Source: the human T2T-CHM13v2.0 reference genome, Homo sapiens. From it: a DNA stretch of 64,000 bases. Below the pieces are notes generated by a model. That model searched no databases, was not told where the DNA came from, and saw only the letters and a list, made by a program, of their open reading frames with translations. Each line of letters opens with the position of its first letter. The stretch's first letter is position 1. The DNA lies in assembly GCF_009914755.1 (NCBI RefSeq), contig NC_060927.1, one strand, 5' to 3'. Below, one piece after another: positions 59,480 to 64,000 of the stretch. Made by a program: the position numbers and the translations under genes.

Positions 59480-60450
59480 TTAGCATTGTTTTGGCACTTC
59501 TCACTAATGTTTACCCTAGAGAAGTTCCAAACTTAAATGCTCTGCTTAAATGTTGAATTCAACTAGAATATTTTCTTTATTTCTAGCCATGGCATTACAT
59601 AGCAGTTTAAAATTACTATGTTCAAAATCAATTTTCTTCTTCCCCTCCCTAAAACTACTTTTCCTTAGAAACTTCTGATCTCATTTCACTACACCTGAAA
59701 GTCATAGTCATCCTAACTCCCTCTTCTCTCTCGGTCCTTGGCATTTGACAATTTACCAAATCCTACCATCCTACTCCAAATCCTACCACTCTACCATCTG
59801 TAGATGCTCATCACCTTACCTTTTCTGCCAGATCTGCGTTTAGTCCCCATTACCCTTTGCTATACACATTTCTTTCCCCTCCTCCTCAATTCAGTATATA
59901 TGCCAAGCTACAGCTAGACTATTACTTGTAAAACAAAAAACTGAACATATCACTTCTTGCTTGAGAATTTTCAATGATCCCCTTGGCCTTCATAACAAAG
60001 GTCAAACGCCTAATTATGGCACACAGTTGTTTCTGTAATCTGGCTCTTCTGTCTCTCCAGTCTCATCTCAATACTACACACCCCGTCTCACTCCCATTAC
60101 ACAATAAATTCAAGTGGTGGCAAATTACATCTAACATCTTGAATATGCTGTGTTATACATCATGCCTCTGAGCCTTATGTCCTCCTTTGCTCTTTCTCCT
60201 ATCTGAATGGAGGTGAAATCCTCTTTCACTACACCAGGGCTAACCAGTCTCTCCTACGCTGATCCTAGAATTTCTGTATGTGTGGCACTTACCACACTGG
60301 TTATCAACTGTGTGGCTATGGTTGTTTGCCTGTGTGTGACTACTAGACTGGGATCCTGACAAAAGGGTTTAAGTCTAGTAATCCTTTAATTCTGGGAAAC
60401 TAGCACATTACCTGAGTCAACAAGTACTCAATAAACATTTTTTAAATTAG
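59480..60450. mobile_element. L2 remnant
   Basis: Pyrimidine-rich body ending tagcacattacctgagtcaacaagtactcaataaacattt (L2 terminus). Confidence 0.6.
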
Positions 60451-62670
60451 AATGCAATTATACTATAATGTATTTTGGCACATCAAAAAAATCTGTGACT
60501 CCAGAAAAAGCATATGACTTAAGTCTTCCTTGGAAAAATCTAAAACTTGAACTAGTTTTGTGCCAGAAGCTATTTCCATTTATCTGTAAATATATATATG
60601 CAGAAAAAGGCTTTTTCCAGGGACAGCTTTTGATTTATATAATAGGAGGCAAAAGAGACCACCTAAATCTGTTAGATGTTAAAATCCGGCATGACCATCT
60701 AAAATAGCATCCCTTCTTTCCAAGTGTAAGAGCAAATCTGATAGTACCTCTGTAATCAAGTACTCTAAACACTGACTAGGGTATTGAGACTCAGGGAGAA
60801 GAGAGACTCCAGAAAGAAATAAGACTGAAACACATGAAGTATATAGTCATTCAGTGACAGAGACGAGCAACGACAGCTGGCAGGGAGTGGGGTGGCACGC
60901 ATGAAGATCACAAAACAGCCATTTTCTATAGATCGCTTGTTTCAGGAAGTGCTTTCTGTAAGGATGTTAGGGACTGTGTTCTCAAAGGGGAGTTAGTCAT
61001 ACAGAGCCTGCCAACTCTACCTTGCAAATAGGCAATACAAGAATAAGAAAATGGACTCTGAACACCATGATTATGGTACAGGATGACTAGATGAGACAAA
61101 CTGGTAAAAAAGGCAAAGCTTAAATATGACCACAACATACTGCCCTAGTCTGAAACGAAAATCTGATTGATCCAAGGTCCTATATAAGCTTCAAGTCAGA
61201 AAAGCTCAGCAAATTATACTCATGTTCTCATCATCAAATGCTTTCTTGACTCCAACTCTGCCCTACAGATCCAGATTTTAGAAAAGGTAAATAGGATGGG
61301 GAAAAAATGACACAGGGGATCTTTGTTATTGAAGAGCTAGATCTAGTACTGATACACTAGCTATAAAATTTCGTGCCCTAATTTTGCCCTTAAAAATACA
61401 TGTAACTATGAACATTTTATATAAATAATACTTTCTGAAATAATTTTAATAGCATCATAATATTCAGCCAGTAAATTATTCACGCCATAGCTGGACCTTC
61501 GAACTTTTCCAATGATCACTATTTTAAAAGAATATTACCTCAAATATCTATATGTATAGGCTTTTGCCATGTACAATGTGTGTTGTTTTTTTCTCCTTAG
61601 GATGGATTCCCTCAAAAGCTGAAGGGGATATAAGCATTTTAAAGAAGGTTTTCATCATTGCCAAATTGCTTTCCAAAAAGATTATTAATAATGCCAAAAG
61701 CAATTTCCATGTTTCCTTATACTCTCGCTATGCTGGCTAGTCCTAAAAAACATTGAACAAATTCTCTGTTTGGCAACTATTAAAGGACCATTGTCCCTTT
61801 GATAAGTGTGCTAGCAGGAATGTGTAATACGAATTTCCTGTGTCAGCAAAAAATGGTAATTCAGCTTACAAAAAGAGGAGAAAAACTTATTTGGGAAAAA
61901 AAAAGAATTGTAATTATCAGCATTTATGACAACTGCTTGCTGTTTATTGTCAATTAGTCATGGATACAACCATGTGTGTAAAATCAAGGTTATTCTGTAT
62001 TTCATTTGATTATAAAACAAAACTATATACCTACTTGCACTTCTGTAGCTGGTCATCTACTGATAAAAACTAAAAGGCAGACTGAAGGCGGACATACCAG
62101 ACGCTGAGCTCTCTTCACTGCAGTTCTTCATGACTAGAAGCACATTACTGATAACCACTTCAACCTGACTCCATCGAATACACTGGTAATGTCTGTTCAT
62201 AAATGGCACTGGGCATAAGGTACATAGGAAGGAATGGCCCAGTTACCTTTATCTGAGTCAACAAAGAAACTGCACTGTAATATTCATTAGCCATTACAGA
62301 CCTAATGTGAAACTGCTACAATGAAACAAAAAAATGAATGAATGAGCTATATGTTACATGGTAGTACAGGTCAGAGCTTTAATGTTATACATAAAGGTTA
62401 GTTTGTGCCTACTGTGATCACGTTTTCTAAATTAAAAAATAATAGTATATGGTTCTGACTTGTGATTTTACAAATATAACATTTGAAGTAATAATCATCT
62501 CAAAAAACAAATGGTATGGTACAAGGCCTGTATTTCTAAGGAGATGGAAAATCCCATTGAAAAAGTTAGGGGGAAAAAATGGAGGGAGGGAGGGTGCAAG
62601 AGAGATAAGGAGATCCTTCATAAACCAAACTCTTGAAGCCTACATGTATTATCCTTCTTATATATCATCC

Positions 62671-63217
62671 TGGTTAATATTGTCAACTTGATTGGATTGA
62701 AGGATACAAAGTATTGTTCCTGGATATAATTGTGAGAGTATGCCAAAGGAGATTAACATTTGAGTCAGTGGACTAGAAGAGGTAGATCCACCCTCAATCT
62801 GGGTGGGAACCGCCTAATCAGCTGCCAGCACAGCTAGGATAAAGCAGGCAGAAGAACATAGAAAAGACTAGATTTGCTGAGTCTTCCAGCCTTCATCTTT
62901 CTCTCGTGCTGGATGCTTCCTGCCCTCGAACATCAGATTCCAAGTTCTTCAGCTTTTGGACTCTTGGACTTACACCAGTGGTTTACCAGGGGTTCTCGGG
63001 CCTTTGGCCACAGATGGAAAGCTGCACTGTTGGCTTCCCGCCTTTTGAGGTTTTGGGACTTGGACTGATCCACCAGTGGCTTCCTTGCCCCTCAACTTGC
63101 AGACAGCCTATTGTGGGTCTTTACTTTGTGATTGTGTGAGTCAATTCCCCCTAATAAGCTCCTTTTCATATATACATATATCCTATTAGTTACGTCCCTC
63201 AAGAGAACCCTAATACA
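62671..63217 (+). mobile_element. MLT2A (HERV-L) LTR, antisense to TBL1XR1, intron 3
   Basis: tggttaatattgtcaacttgattggattgaaggat...gagaaccctaataca matches MLT2A as I recall it. Confidence 0.85.
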
Positions 63218-64000
63218 GATTTTATATATTTCCTTCTTATATATCACCTTTCTTAAAAATGGAGACAGTATGCAACATCGGTTATTTTTAAATAAATTTT
63301 TAAAAAGTAATAATATTCAGAATCACTATCTAGAAAGTTACTCATTTTAGTAACAAGGACATTTTGATTTTGCAATTCCAGTTAAGTCGTTCAATTATAA
63401 GATGCAACTGTTTCATAGCTTCCAACAGTCAAGTACAATATAAATGGAGAAGTTACAGAGCTCTTAGACATGTAATAGTTAAACCTAGTATCAAGAATTC
63501 TTTCCCTAAAGCAAATATACAACTGAAGCTGGATAAAATGACATCTTCTTATAGAAAACAGGTTGTCTTATAAGAAAACCAGGTGTCAGAAAGTTCAAAA
63601 ATAACTGCCAGAAACTATTCAAACCACAACTGCAAATAACTAAAGAAGTCAATGGTGACGCAAAAGGTGGGGGAGAGATTAAAAAGGTCCAAACCAGCTT
63701 AGTGCCTCTAAAATTAACACTGTATCAGGTTCTACTATATGCAACTTGGCATGTACCACTAAGTATTTATCTGCATATGGTTGCTAGATAAGTTATTAGG
63801 GCAATGAAATTAATGCCCCTGGGCAAACACTAATTAAAGGAACAATACTTTTGAATCAAGTTAATCGTTACTTACAGTATTATATATTAAATACGCTCAG
63901 TTTTCAAGTCATCTCTAAAGAGAAAAAAATCATTTTATTCCCTAGGAAATATTTGTTGAATAGGGAAGTCCACTTCATAAAAAGGCAGAATGGTGAGGAC

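Noticed and set aside
57100-64000. Search for the TBL1XR1 start-codon exon (MSISSDEVNFLVYRYLQES)
   Set aside because: Not found by eye in the window; it must lie beyond position 64000

Overview
Primate genomic DNA, almost certainly human, and AT- and repeat-rich. The only protein-coding gene I can support is TBL1XR1 (TBLR1, the LisH/WD40 subunit of the NCoR/SMRT-HDAC3 co-repressor) on the minus strand. Thirteen coding exons from 56889 down to the TAG stop at 28486-28488 were placed by hand. All have GT-AG boundaries and total 1487 nt; the first 58 coding nt (MSISSDEV...) lie beyond the right edge. Exon numbers follow my recollection of the standard 16-exon model. A ~6.1 kb 3'UTR with no recognisable transposon runs to about 22340 and has tandem poly(A) signals. 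Positions 1-22300 are intergenic and dense in Alu, L1, MaLR/ERV LTR, MIR and MER elements, and include a mitochondrial ND5 insertion (NUMT). Repeat family names are from memory of consensus sequences and their boundaries are approximate. I see no wholly new multi-gene system. The most notable observations are: (1) a composite insertion of L1 fragment + NUMT + exact 32-bp copy of nearby DNA + abutting inverted Alu pair; (2) an intron-14 read-through giving an alternative 42-aa C-terminus of exactly the canonical length that ends in an LxxLL motif; (3) a sense-oriented HML-5-type LTR inside an intronic Alu, carrying a PBS-like tail within its target-site duplication; (4) two more LTR elements with the same 'LTR plus start of internal sequence' anomaly; and (5) tandem miR-30 8mer sites confined to the distal 3'UTR.
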